DNA of 64,000 nucleotides, taken from positions 11,284,001 through 11,348,000 of the forward strand of contig NC_043015.1 of NCBI RefSeq assembly GCF_006345805.1. Direction: 5' to 3'. This document shows, piece by piece, positions 39,301 through 54,575 of the stretch. A program made the translations under genes and the position numbers. Origin of the DNA: Octopus sinensis. Taxonomy: Eukaryota. The notes under the pieces were generated by a model that was not told where the DNA came from, did not search any database, and was given only the letters and a program-made list of their open reading frames with translations. The number at the start of each line of letters is the position of its first letter. The stretch's first letter is position 1.

Positions 39301-40076
39301 TTTTGGATGTGATTAAACTCATGTTGGTGACATACTTAAACTGCTGTGAATCAGCGAGTGGAAGAAGATGGAGAGGAAAAGATATTCGGTGGTGGACGAG
39401 AAAGACTGAGCTTTCTGACTAGTCTGGGGGTAGAAAACAATATCGTTGATGATAGAAAGTGATATCTTTGCGTGGGGATTAGCCGAATGTAAGAATGGAA
39501 TTTGTGTAAAGGTAGAAAAAGGCAGAGAGCGAGACAACACGTTAAAGTATGAGTGACCTTTCTCCGATATTTCTTAGTTAATTTCTTAGTTAATTTCTCC
39601 GGTATTTCTTAGAAATAAGGAACCGAATATTAGGTAATTTAATTAGGGGTAAAATAAATGTATAAGGGGTATGTAAACATTTAATGAGTATTGCATGTTT
39701 AAAAAATATACTAAAGTAAGATAAGGATTACCATAACGTTTATAAACAAACTTGGAAAAAATTTTAATTACAAACAGTTGGAAAAATTATAAAAGGAAAA
39801 ATTATAAAAATTATACAAGAATGTATAAAAACTCACATATAGGTATAAAAATTTTTAAAACATAATGCGTAATTATAAATATAAAATATGATATTGTATT
39901 ATTCAGTGAGTTTTATGAAAAGAAATTATAAACCACTTTATAATCTAAAGAAGCTACACAAATGTATAGAAGGGTATATAGATATAGAAAAAGTTAATAA
40001 TATAAAATTAAAAAATATTAAAAATATAATTTCATAAAATATTTCTTTGCGAATGATATAAAAGGTATAACAGAAA

Positions 40077-41304
40077 TATAAATTATATTAGTATATGGAA
40101 AATTATTATTATAATGCCTAATAATAAATAAAACTATGTATATCAATTACTAATTAAAAAATGTAAATTAAGATGAAGATACCTTTGGAAATGGGTTATG
40201 AAATATTTCTAAAATATATCTAAGGCTCTAATCTATGTAGAATAACAATAGTTTCTGAAGGTATAACTTATTCGTAGGGGAAGTGCAAGATTGAATAATC
40301 CATTGCAATTTTATATATTATACTATCTATTAGGGAAGATAATCCCAATACCGAATGGGGTACATATGTATATATAATTATTGAAAAATTGCAGATTAAA
40401 GTGGTTAAGGGCTGTTAGAAAGCAATACTACGTATATTTCGAGAAAATAGAAGGCATGCCTTGAATAATATGCCATTCTATATACTTCATGCTACTAAAT
40501 CATAGTATGATATATTCTTACTTGCTTCTAAAGTATTTGAGTGTACGGGTAATCCTATGAACACAAGATAATCTAAGTTCTCATTTATTATTAAGTAGGT
40601 TTTGTCTATATCTATATTTGAATAATTCATATATCTCCATACAACACATTTTACGTCCATATTGGATACTTTTGTATGCCTGAGCTCTACGGACTATATC
40701 CCATTTTAGGCTAAATTCACTATCCTCAAATTCGCAGTTCTTCGTAGATAATGAGGTACTATTGGCATTATTCTTCAGTCTACAGGACGAAAGATGTTTA
40801 TCCAAGCGTTTTTTTTTCATATTTAAAGAGCACACGATGTAACTGATAGTCGTTTCTGTCATTACTGTACATTTATATATGACATTCTCAGCTAAACACT
40901 AACCCAATAACGGGCATTGTGATCCTTCCCTACAATTGCAACTTATTATTATCAACATTATTTACCCCATCATTAACATTATTATTGTCGTCATTCAAAG
41001 TCTCACTCGAATTCGTAAAAGTATTATCAAGTGTTGTGTCACTATTATTTCAGTTATTATAATAGGTATTATTACATCTATTTATATTAGTTTTATTGTT
41101 TTGGAATATATCATTAAATATTATACCCTCATCCTGTAATGGTTGCATTTGGGATAGTTGGTGCTTCTTTGAAATTGATGAAATGTTTTCATTGATCAAT
41201 TAAATGGAGCAGCTTGAACCGACGGTAATCTACTGATACCTGTACATCCTTGTTACTTATTTACATTCCATATTTAGTCATATATAATAATAATAATACT
41301 AATA

Positions 41305-41373
<69 letters not shown>

Positions 41374-41863
41374 TAATAATAATAAGGATAAATCGAGATA
41401 AAATAATATGAAATAAGGATCATTTTATAGATTATGATATAAATTATAAATTATATTAGTATATGGAAAATTATTATTATAATGCCTAATAATAAATAAA
41501 ACTATGTATAACAATTACTAATTAAAAAATGTAAATTAAGATGAAGATACCTTTGGAAATGGGTTATGAAATATTTCTACATTATATCTAAGGCTCTAAT
41601 CTATGTAGAATAACAATAGTTTCTGAAGGTATAACTTATTCGTAGGGGAAGTGCAAGATTGAATAATCCATTGCAATTTTATATATCATACTACCTATTA
41701 AGGAAGATAATCCCAATACCGAATGGGGTACATATGTATATATAATTATTGAAAAATTGCAGATTAAAGTGGTTAAGGGCTGTTAGAAAGCAATACTACG
41801 TATATTTCGAGAAAATAGAAGGTATGCCATGAATAATATGCCATTGTATATACTTCATGCTAC
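40077..41863 (-). mobile_element. Penelope-like element: GIY-YIG C-terminal region between 419-bp direct repeats (pseudo-LTR-like)
   Basis: Minus-strand SCNCREGSQCPLLG*CLAENVIYKCTVMTETTISYIVC..KKRLDKHLSSCRLKNNANSTSLS..FSLKWDIVRRAQAYKS..CCMEIYE..NLLN (about 40580-41260). Direct repeats at 40077-40495 and 41445-41863. Confidence 0.8.
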
Positions 41864-42267
41864 AGGAGTGGCTGTGTGGTAAGTAGCTTGCTAACCAACC
41901 ACATGGTTCCAGGTTCAATCCCACTGCGTGGCACCTTGGGCAAGTGTCTTCTACTATAGCCTCGGGCCGACCAAAGCCTTGTGAGTGGATTTGGTAGACG
42001 GAAACTGAAAGAAGCCTGTCGTATATATGTATAAGTATATATATATGCGTGTGTGTGTTTGTGTGTCTGTGTTTTTCCCCCTAGCATTGCCTGACAACCG
42101 ATGCTGGTGTGTTTATGTCACCATTACTTAGTGGTTCGGCAACAGAGACCGATAGAATAAGTACTGGGCTTACAAAAGAATAAGTGCCGGGGTTGAGTTG
42201 CTCGATTAAAGGCGGTGCTCCAGCATGGCCGCAGTCAAATGACTGAAACAAGTAAAAGAGTAAAAGA

Positions 42268-42270
<3 letters not shown>
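41864..42270 (+). mobile_element. SINE family 2, full length
   Basis: tRNA-like head aggagtggctgtgtggtaag..ggttcaatcccact; centre gcaccttgggcaagtgtctt; tail gactgaaacaagtaaaagagtaaaagag running into (AAT)n. Confidence 0.92.
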
Positions 42271-42342
<72 letters not shown>

Positions 42343-42520
42343 TTAATAATAATAATAATAATGATAATAATAATAGTAATAATAATCCTTCGATGGAATT
42401 AAGAAACAGGCAGTTCGATGCAATCCCCAAAAAGCTGGTACCCTAATCGCCATCATTAGATTGAGGCCAACATAATGGAAAGGCGGTTTTATTTGCATAT
42501 TAAAAACGTTTCCACGTAGA

Positions 42521-42604
<84 letters not shown>

Positions 42605-44122
42605 AGATAGATAGATTCAGATTTATGTAAAGGAAACCATATAAAATTAATTATTAAATTATGTATCAGCAGAATGAGCATATGTAATAGATTTTGCACG
42701 ATAAAATATACAGAATAAGACCATCGGTGCCTTTACGATAACTTTGAGTCTACATTACAATAGATTTTATTATTTAGATGGAAAATATAATGAACTGTCA
42801 CCTTCATAGGCGCGTTGGCAGAAATGCTTCGGGGTTTTTCTTACGAATTTACATCTACATATAACTTCGTCCAAGGTCATCTTTGCCTTACACACCCTCA
42901 GGGTCGATAAAATAATTATGAATCGAAAAACTCGATGTAATATTCTACCTCCGCCCCTCAAGTGTTAAGGATCGTGTTTATATTAGAAATAATCGTTTAG
43001 ATGAAAATTATGTCTCTAAATAATTCTCAAGATGATTTTTTAAAAAATTATGATACTCGTATAGCTGATTTGAATATATATATATATATATATATACTAT
43101 AATAGTTCGGCATTAATTTTGCAGTCTCACATTTCTCATATTTTTCCTGATGAAATTAGCTTTAAAAAAACCAAGTGTGTTTCTCCCAAATGTACCCATA
43201 GACCTTCATGCACCACAGTTTTCAAAAACTTTCTTACTCACATATCGAACAAATATTCACTTCATCTACTGTTACTGGGTTTGTGTTATCAATGAACAAT
43301 AATCTAACGCCCTCCCTCAGAGCATTGTGATCTACCTTTGATTCCTGAAACACGTTAATTTATTTCTTCACTTTAAAAGCTAAATATTTAACTGGGGTAT
43401 TTAATTCAGGCATTTTGTTATCCCTTTTTTTTATTCAGGTACCGAGTGTGAGAATTGCATTTTATTCATTAATTCCTGTATGTTTATGATAAATGTAATT
43501 GATTGCGTATTAAATGAGAGAGAGAGAGAGAGATGAAGTCTTTCTCAACTCAATAGAAATTCGCCATTTAATTACAGAAACAGAACAAAACAAAAAGTAT
43601 ATTAACGTTAATTGTATTAATTGTAAGATGCTATCAAAGGACTGATAGTTAATTTCACGGACTAAGATGCAATTTCAGACAACTACGGACATCTCTCATT
43701 ATTTGATTCATTAATTTTTTCAAATTATACAACGTTCTCTTTGACAGAAGATAATAATTCCCGCTAGGTTTAATATTCTTTCACCATTTGAAATACAATT
43801 TCAATGGATAATATCTTTTCCCTTTATATACCATGTGATATATTCACGACGAACATGAATTATTTAAATCTATGCCACTGGCCCTTTTCATTTTTCCCTT
43901 GGCACAATTATTGTATGTGTATATAAACCTCTCTCCCTTTCTCTCTCTCACACTCTCTCTCTCACTCTCTCTCTCTCTCTCTGTATATATATATATATAT
44001 ACACTCACAAAATGGCATATATATCAATATATATGTGTGAGTGTGTGTGTCTGACTGCTTATGTACATACATACACACACATATATATATATATATTATA
44101 TATATATATATGTATGTATCTA

Positions 44123-44159
<37 letters not shown>

Positions 44160-45073
44160 CACCCACATATATATATATATATACACACACACACACGCAC
44201 ATTTGTCAACCCATTGTTATACACAGTATAATTGTCCTCAAAATATGCCATTCTCTTACGGTAAAGGGATCCTCCCATATCCTTCCCAGGATTCAAATGG
44301 TAACTATACATTTAAACAATATTGTTTGGCTATATCACCTACTTTTCAATAACTACAATTCTTCCAAATATTTAGCCCTACAGATACATCGATAGAGATG
44401 TATGCACTTTTCCTCGCTTTCCTTGTATTGCTTCATAGATTCACATTCATTGAAAATATATTCTATGTATTTTACGTGATATATGAAGAAACTTTCTTTT
44501 TGTAAGGCAACTATACATATGTTTGTAGGAGAGATGCAGAGACAGAGACGCAGAGAGAAGGTGAGAGAATGCATGTGCCAGTGTGTATGTAGCCTGCGTG
44601 AATGTGCGCGAGTATATATATATGTATGTATATACATATATATATGTGTGTATATATATATATATATCTATATATATAATATATATATATATGTATATAT
44701 GTATGTATGTATGTAGTATGTATGTATGTATGTATGTATGTATGTATGTATGCATGTATGTTTGTATATATACACACACATTCACATATATCAGCGTGCG
44801 TTGCAATATATGTTTATGGTACAGCATTTCTAAAAATATGGTGTTTGTAATGCTATATAAATGTTTTAGTAGATTTAGTATAATATTGATTATACATTTA
44901 CACGTATACCAATTTATGAGAATTCTAATATATATATATGTCTAGTGTGTGCGTGTATGCTAGTGTGTGTTTATGCTTCCACATATGTATGTATAAATAT
45001 CATTATCCATATATATTTACGTATGTATACACGCATATATATATATATATACATATATATATACATACATATA

Positions 45074-45115
<42 letters not shown>

Positions 45116-45171
45116 TGTATATCTGTATATATATGTATGTATATCTGTATGTATATATATATATGTATATA

Positions 45172-45213
<42 letters not shown>

Positions 45214-45259
45214 TATATATATATTATATATATATACATATATATATACATATATATAT

Positions 45260-45999
45260 GAGAGTGAGTGTGTGTGTATGCTTGTGAGTCATTCTGTCTC
45301 CACGGATGGGCTTAAATACTCACATACTCTTATATAAAAAATTTATTCATTCCGTTAGATTCTTTCAATATTCATCCAACCTACTCTCTCTTGCCTGTCT
45401 TCCCTTGTCTCTCTCCTTCCATCCTTCTCACTTGCTATCTCTCCCTCCCTCCATCTCTTTGCATGTATGTATATGTGTGTGCTTGTGTGTATTATGTATT
45501 ATATATATAATACACACACACACACACATATATTATATACGTATAGGAGAGGATATATGTACGTATATATACGTATTGGTATATATGTATTCGTGCGTAT
45601 ATGAATTCAATATTAATACATCCTTATTATTATTTTGCCTAGCCTATTCAAATTAATTTAAAACAATTTCTATCCAATTGTGTCCTCCTCTTTCATTTAA
45701 AACACACCTTTTACAACTAGAAACATCGTTTTATGCTGCGTTTGCCGTCTTAGTTTCTACTGCACTAAATTTCTATAAGTCTGCACTAAGTGCTTTGTCT
45801 TTACACAATTCGGCATGACATCTTACCATACAATTCTACATTCTGCTAGTTTTGGTTTTGTAGTTTAAAATAATGTTTTTGAAACCCATCCATAGATACA
45901 TACATACATACAGGCCTACGAACATACCTAAAAATATACTTGTATGTGTGTCTAACCATACACACACACATACACATATATATATATAGAGAGAGATAA

Positions 46000-46095
<96 letters not shown>

Positions 46096-46559
46096 GTAAA
46101 TAGATAGATGTGTATATAGATATGAATGTATGTACCTATATATATGTTTATATATATGATATATATGTAGTCGGTATTACATTTGATATGTGTGTATTCG
46201 TCTGTATACATACGTACTTATAATTATCATCTTTATCATTTTTATTTTTCGATTTTTTGATAATTTTAATTCGTAATTAAACAGCAATATATGCTTCAAT
46301 ACTTCTAAATATGTAACTGAAATATTTTTGTTCGTTTCTGTGCATATTTGGATAAAAATGATGTTGGATAATTATTTAGTCATGCGCTAATTTGTTGTAA
46401 TATTCTAAAGGAATACACTATAAAATTTATATATGTACAAATGAGTTTAATAAATTTATATATTCCCTCGCTCTCTTTCTTCCTCTCCCTCCTCTTCATA
46501 CTCCATCTTATTTCTGTACCCCTGTTTTGTATATACTATATATATAGTATATATATATA

Positions 46560-46628
<69 letters not shown>

Positions 46629-46688
46629 TATTATATATATATAGATATAGTATATATATATACATATATATATATACATTATATATAT
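45260..46688. repeat. About 1.43-kb tandem duplication, copy 1
   Basis: Colinear with 46689-48030 over unique sequence and embedded (TAGA)n and (TA)n tracts. Confidence 0.93.
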
Positions 46689-46922
46689 GAGATGAGTTGT
46701 GTGGTATGCTTGTGAGTCATTCTGTCTCCACGGATGGGCTTAAATACTCACATACTCTTATATAAATAAATTTATTCATTCCGTTAGATTCTTTCAATAT
46801 TCATCCAACCTATCTCCTCTTGCTGTCTTCCCTTGTCTCTCTCCTTCCATCCTTCTCACTTGCTATCTCTCCCTCCCTCCATCTTTGATGTATGTATATT
46901 GTTGTGCTGTGTGTATTATGTA

Positions 46923-46953
<31 letters not shown>

Positions 46954-47952
46954 ATCATTATATACTAGTATAGGAGAGGATATATGTACGTATATATACG
47001 TATTGGTATATATGTATTCGTGCGTATATGAATTCAATATTAATACATCCTTATTATTATTTTGCCTAGCCTATTCAAATTAATTTAAAACAATTTCTAT
47101 CCAATTGTGTCCTCCTCTTTCATTTAAAACACACCTTTTACAACTAGAAACATCGTTTTATGCTGCGTTTGCCGTCTTAGTTTCTACTGCACTAAATTTC
47201 TATAAGTCTGCACTAAGTGCTTTGTCTTTACACAATTCGGCATGAAATCTTACCATACAATTCTTACATTCTGTAGTTTGGTGTTGTAGTTAAAAATATG
47301 TTTTTGAAACCCATCCATAGATACATACATACATACAGGCCTACGAACATACCTAAAAATATATACTATGTAGGTGTGTCTAACCATACACACACACATT
47401 ACACATATATATATATAGAGAGAGATAAATAGAAGAGAGAGAGATGAGATAGATAGATAGAGTAGATAGATAGATAGATAGATAGATGATAGATAGATAG
47501 ATAGAAGATATAGATAGATAGATAGAGGTAAATAGATAGATGTGGTAATAGATATGAATGTATGTACCTATATATGTTTAATATATTGATATATATGTAG
47601 TCGGTTTTACATTTGATATGTGTGTATTCGTCTTATACATACGTACTTATAATTATCATCTTTATCATTTTTGTTTTCGATTTTTTGATAATTTTAATTC
47701 GTAATTAAACAGCAATATATGCTTCAATACTTCTAAATATGTAACTGAAATATTTTTGTTCGTTTCTGTGCATATTTGGATAAAAATGATGTTGGATAAT
47801 TATTAGTCATGCCTAATGTGTTGTAATATTCTAAAGGAATACACTATAAAATATATATGTACAAATGAGTTTAATAAATTTATATATTCCCTCGCTCTTT
47901 CTTCCCTCCCCTCCTCTTCCATACTCCATCTTTATTTCTGTACCCCTGTGTT

Positions 47953-48005
<53 letters not shown>

Positions 48006-48030
48006 ATAATATATATATATATATATATAT
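46689..48030. repeat. About 1.43-kb tandem duplication, copy 2
   Basis: Differs from copy 1 mainly by scattered 1-bp indels. Confidence 0.93.
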
Positions 48031-48399
48031 AAATGTATGCGTACACACATAAACGCACACACACACGCACACACACATATATATATATATGTATATTTCT
48101 GCGTATACACTTAGGTATAGAGTTATATAATCTTATATATAATTCATTGTATGCACATATTACACACACACCCATCGCACATGAGTTTAAAAAAACAATT
48201 CTGATACGAGTATGCGAGAAAGCATGTAGATAGATATCTGCTTATGTGTGGAGGTAGATATACTAAGTTTGTTTGTATTTAATTAATTAATTGATTTCAT
48301 TCGGATTCTTTCTAACGCGACTCTCAAATGTATTTATTCGTATATATTTATGCTTTTTTTATTCTTTAGATAGGAAACGACACATTTTGTCGCAAGATA

Positions 48400-48720
48400 T
48401 TTGCTAACATATACAAAATGAATTTGAAACTACATCTTCCTGTATACCTCTGTATGATTTAATTTTGGAATGATCTATTAATATGTTTATCGAGGTTTTA
48501 AGGTGCGTTGTCATTTGGATATATATGTGGTGTGCTCTGCCTATTTTGTTTTCTTGGACAAGGCATTTCGTTTGACATTCTTCTCGACCATCCAGCAGAA
48601 AACGACTGTCATTGTCTGTGGATGGTAACTGGTACAAGAATGGTAGTCTTTGCCTATGCACCTAAATTCCTTGAAAATCATTATCTCTTCCAGCTCCATG
48701 AATGTGCTAGGTGTATGTTA
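48400..48720 (-). mobile_element. Possible Gypsy LTR-retrotransposon integrase remnant
   Basis: IFKEFRCIGKDYHSCTSYHPQTMTVVFCWMVEKNVKRNALSK resembles FKEF..GI.H..SPYHPQ.NG..ER....K.AL.K. Confidence 0.4.
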
Positions 48721-49219
48721 AAATGATTTTTATGTTAGAAATAAATGTTGCTGACGACCGATTATTGTTGAGATGTTTGTTTGCTATTACTAACTATGTT
48801 ACTACTACTGATGTTCTTTTCTTTGTTTTTGTTATTCCTGGCCATCCCTGCTTGAAGTGATTTAAGACGAAATACCATTCAACCTTATGGCTTTGAAGTT
48901 TATTTAGCTAATAGGTGTTTTCATTCTCTAATGCTGTTTTGTGTGACTAGAGATTTGCCAGCTATTTCCATCAGCTTCAGTTACCATGTACTGGCTCTCA
49001 TTTTTATGTTGATTTTGTTGTTATTGTTCTTTTTTTTGCCCTCTTCCCGACTGAACAATGATTAAAGTTGTTCCGGCTACGGTCATACTATCCTTTTTGT
49101 TAGTGTAACAGGGTCAGGCTCTCCGACGTCTACTTAACTTTTATAATTCAGTAAGGTGTGGGTTAATAGTTGTTTAGATTCTAGTTTTAGTACACAGAAT
49201 GGCAACGCAGATTCGCTCA

Positions 49220-49445
49220 CGTTAGTATAGATATGGTGACGATTGGGCCAAATTAGATGTATTTTACATATATTGAATAGCACATTTATGGAAAGGGATG
49301 TCACCAGATATCACAATCCGGCACTGTATTAATTCTACCAATCTACGTTAGTGTAGATATGGTGGCGATTGGGCCAAATTAGGTGTATTCTACATATATT
49401 GAATAGCACATTTATGGAAAGGGAACGTATTAGTTCTATCAACCT
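49220..49445. repeat. 126-bp-period tandem duplication
   Basis: cgttagt(a/g)tagatatggtg.cgattgggccaaattag.tgtatt.tacatatattgaatagcacatttatggaaaggga at 49220 and 49346. Confidence 0.9.
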
Positions 49446-50670
49446 ACCACCATTATAGTAACACAAGGGACCTTAAGTAACCTTAACTCGGTTACTTATT
49501 CTACTGTATTTAGTTCAGTTTGTTCAGAAATCAGCACGAAGCACGTTGTTTGTTAAAGACTTGAAATATATTGCAGCTTATGTATAAAGATCTATAAATA
49601 CGAAATCAGATATGCTATTATTCTGAATATAATGAAACTATCGGAACCCCACTAGACACTTCTTATCTTCAGTTAACGTAGCACTAATCTCATTACAGAC
49701 AATCATATTCTTTCAAAGTAATGAATCAGTTAAAGAATAAATTTCGTACGGTAATGGCAGGAATTCTGAACCTTCAATTCCGCAGAATATATCTAGGTGG
49801 AATGGCTTCTTAAGATAAAATTATATTGCTTAAAGCACGTGCGGATAACACCCCAGAAAAGGATTATCTAGCTTATTGAAATTAAAATTCACCAAGATGC
49901 ATACCACCAATGATAAAATGAAAAAAAAAAACTGATATGTTCTTCTCCTTCTCATAATCCAAACTGAAACTCAAACCGCAAACCTTGTAGTAAATATTTA
50001 TTTAATATTGGTTATCGCAATACATTCCAGTGAAAGCCCCTCCATATTCTCTGTGCACCTTTCACCTTCAATAATCTAACATTATCCACTTGCAAAATGT
50101 AAAACTTAATATTAACTGCTACATCACTTGTTTATCTGACCTGTAGAGGTTTTAAGCCTCACTCCTTCTATTCCTTAAAAACTCTCAAAAAGTCACATCG
50201 CAGTGTATCATTCGACAGATAGTAAACATAAACGCTTTAAATTGTTGCCCAACACATTTACCCTATCGTCCATATTTCACTATGAATGTTTGTGAATTTC
50301 GTGGGTTTGCTAATGTAGAGGGTAGTGTTACTATGTTTCGGCTCAACAATGATGCATTATCTTAGAGTACATGCATTATTTATATGGATGCCATAAGTTT
50401 ATGTGCAGCATTTTGATAGAAAGATATGAGGAGGAAGTTCTGCTCCGATATGCGATAAAACATTTTTTCTATTCGTTTATTCGTATCATAAAGATGTAAT
50501 TGTGCGTTCGAGTAAGTTTTGTATAAATCTGTTTGCATTTGAAGAAACTGAGTGAGAGTGAGAGAGACAGACAGACAGAGACTGAGAGCGAAAGATCAGG
50601 ATTATATCTCTCGCTATTCGTATTTTCAAATTTATCTTTTAATGCAAGTGGTGGCTGCATATTTAAGAGG

Positions 50671-51850
<1,180 letters not shown>

Positions 51851-52550
51851 ATGAGATCAAATATATCTGCATATATGTGTATATATAGATGCATCTGTTA
51901 TATTCGCGCATACACCATTTTCATATGCTTCAAGATTTTCCTTCTCTTCCCCCTTCAGCTCTTATCTCATCCTCTGATTTCTACGCATTCACACTCTCTA
52001 TATTTAACTCATAATTTAATTTCTAAAGCGTCCACTGTGTTTTCCATTCATCTTATATCGTGAACTTCCCATGGATGCCTATCTATTTCAGATATACACC
52101 TCTTTGATTCTTTGTCCATATGAGGGACTTCTCTTTAACAATTGCCCTTTCCTTACGATGCAGTAATCCTCCATTGCAATCTCATATCCCGATGGGTTTT
52201 AGGAATTAATTACTACACTTAAAGCAATTTTTACTTGTGAGCTACAGCAGTGAACTGCATATGCTTTGTGCAAGATTATTTAGCCTTAACACAAGAAAAT
52301 GTAGTGTTCCCTCTAATAACACCTAATCTATCGCACTTACCTTTCACGGAACAGTCTTATGCACATGGACACAGTTGATGTATGCAAGGAGATATGGATA
52401 GATAAATAGGAACATAGATAATAGATAGACAGATAGATACATACATACATACATACTTACATGCATACATACCTTTTTTTTTTACACAAAAAGTTGTTTT
52501 AAATGGAAGGAAATATATTATGAAACGATAAAAGTCATTAAACTACATGG

Positions 52551-52643
52551 GAGAAATTTTCTTGCAGAAATCTCCCGGAACATGAGAAATTTTCTTGCAG
52601 AAACCTCCCGGAACAGGAGAAATTTTCTTGAAGAAAATTCCCG
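52551..52643. repeat. 33-bp minisatellite, about 2.8 units
   Basis: gagaaattttcttgcagaaa(t/c)ctcccggaaca units start at 52551, 52584 and 52617, with no spacers. Confidence 0.9.
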
Positions 52644-52669
52644 GGCCAGTTCCAACACATTCAATTACC

Positions 52670-52890
52670 CCACACACTCTTGCTCTTAGCTTTAGTTTCT
52701 TCCGTAATGTTGGTCTAAACATCGGGCAGCAAGACATGTCTAATGATTCTGTGTCTGACATAGTCACCTGCATATTCTCAGGATACGCTAATTTGCTTCA
52801 AATCTCTTTGAAATGGTGAACCATGTCTTCTTGTGTCTCCTGCTCTTTCTTCGTTCTTCTGGCGGTACTCATTTTACAGCTGTCTTGCAT
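52670..52890 (-). mobile_element. RTE-like LINE 3' end remnant
   Basis: PPEERRKSRRHKKTW..CLAARCLDQHYGRN*S* matches the RTE terminal pattern PP.G.R.RGRPKKTW..WR.LAARC....RN*. Confidence 0.55.
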
Positions 52891-53027
52891 ATTGGTTTTT
52901 TTTATGCTCACCTAATTCACTTAATCATTTCACTTCCATAGATCTTTCTACAGCATAAACGCCGGGCCTGTAAATGACATCAACTTCACAAAGATACTGG
53001 GCCTAATATTACAGAAGTGGAGAATAA

Positions 53028-53412
53028 TATGCTTTTCTACTCTAGTCACAAGGACCGAAATTCTTGGGGAGGGGGCCAGTTGATTAGATCAACATCCGTA
53101 CGCAACTAGTACTTTATTTATCGACCCGGAAAGGATGAAAGGCAAATTTGAACTCAAAACGAAAAGACTAACGAAATATCAATTTCTTGACTGCCCACAA
53201 GGGGCTAAACACAGAGAGGACAAACAAGGACAGACAAACGGATTAAGTCAATTATATCGTCCCCAGTGCGTAACTGGTATTTATTTAATCGACAACGAAA
53301 GGATGAAAGGCAAAGTCGACCTCGGTGGAATTTGAACTCAAATCGTAGCGGCAGACGAAATACCGCAAAGCATTTCGCCCGGCGTGCCAAGTTTCTGCCA
53401 GCTCACCGCCTT
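53028..53412 (-). mobile_element. SINE family 1 dimer with one 13-bp TSD
   Basis: Full copy (53412 to about 53183) plus a second 3' half; aagtggagaataa at 53015-53027 and 53413-53425. Confidence 0.9.
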
Positions 53413-54544
53413 AAGTGGAGAATAACATAAAAAAAAAAAAACTGTAATTGGTCAATCCCCCAACTATTCTGAATAAATGACTCGACTAAAAGTACGGAGA
53501 TTGTATGATGTTCATAAGTGGTTACTTCTTACACATAAATACAGACAAAAATTCATTTATCTATCAATCTATATATATACTACTATAACTCTGTGATCTC
53601 TTGATTGTCCGTCATTTAATACAGCCAAAGCAGCGCATAATGGGAAAACACTTTGAAAGTAAAGAACGTCTGAAATGTGAATACAGATAGAATAACACAA
53701 GATCGTATAAATCGGGCAACAGGTTTCCGAGATACACGTTCGTTTCGGGGTTTGTACCCACAAAGTTAAGCAGTGAAACCTGAAGATATTGCCCTTAGAT
53801 ACGAACAACAGGTAGTTTTTTCTTGGTATAACTACAAATGTATACCCCCACCGAATTTGTTGCCTCATAACGTCCAGGAAAATGGATACTTTTTAACAAA
53901 ATTCTCAATAAAAACCGCTTAGATTATGTCGATTCAGAGTATATTGGGATTTATGGGAAATAATTTTGTCGAGGGGGTAGGGAGAGGAGTTTCGGAAAAT
54001 TCACAACATCCGAATTTTACCCTCATAACTTTCAAGAAAATGGATATCTTTCGATTAATTGTTTTACAAATAGCTTTCAAACGGCAAAGATTACGATTCT
54101 AAATAAATTTGTGGGAAAAATGAAAACAAACATGATGCTCCGATATTCCAAAACGAAGGAAAATAGCGAAAGCTGGAGAAATATGTTGTTTGACAACAGA
54201 AAAGATAGAAGAGAGATATAGGATAGTCCAGTCCTTGGAACAGCCCTGAAAGAAAAGAAAGATGATCACTTGAGGAAAAGAAAGATGGACGGCGGTCACG
54301 TGTAAGCAAGGAGAGAGAGAATAGGTCAAAGAGGAGGAGAGAGGAGATATAAGTAGAAAGCGGTGAAAAGGTGAAAAACAGTACAGAATCGCATCAAAAA
54401 GATTAAGAGAAACTTACTTGGAAATGGATGCGTGGCGTTCAATCAAATAATAATATAAATGATATATATGCACATATCTATCTATCCATCTATCTATCTA
54501 TCGTTACATACATGCATACATGCATACCTGCATACATACATACA

Positions 54545-54575
<31 letters not shown>

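Noticed and set aside
52551-52643. 33-bp repeats as a CRISPR array
   Set aside because: The units are contiguous with no spacers, there are no cas genes, and the context is eukaryotic.
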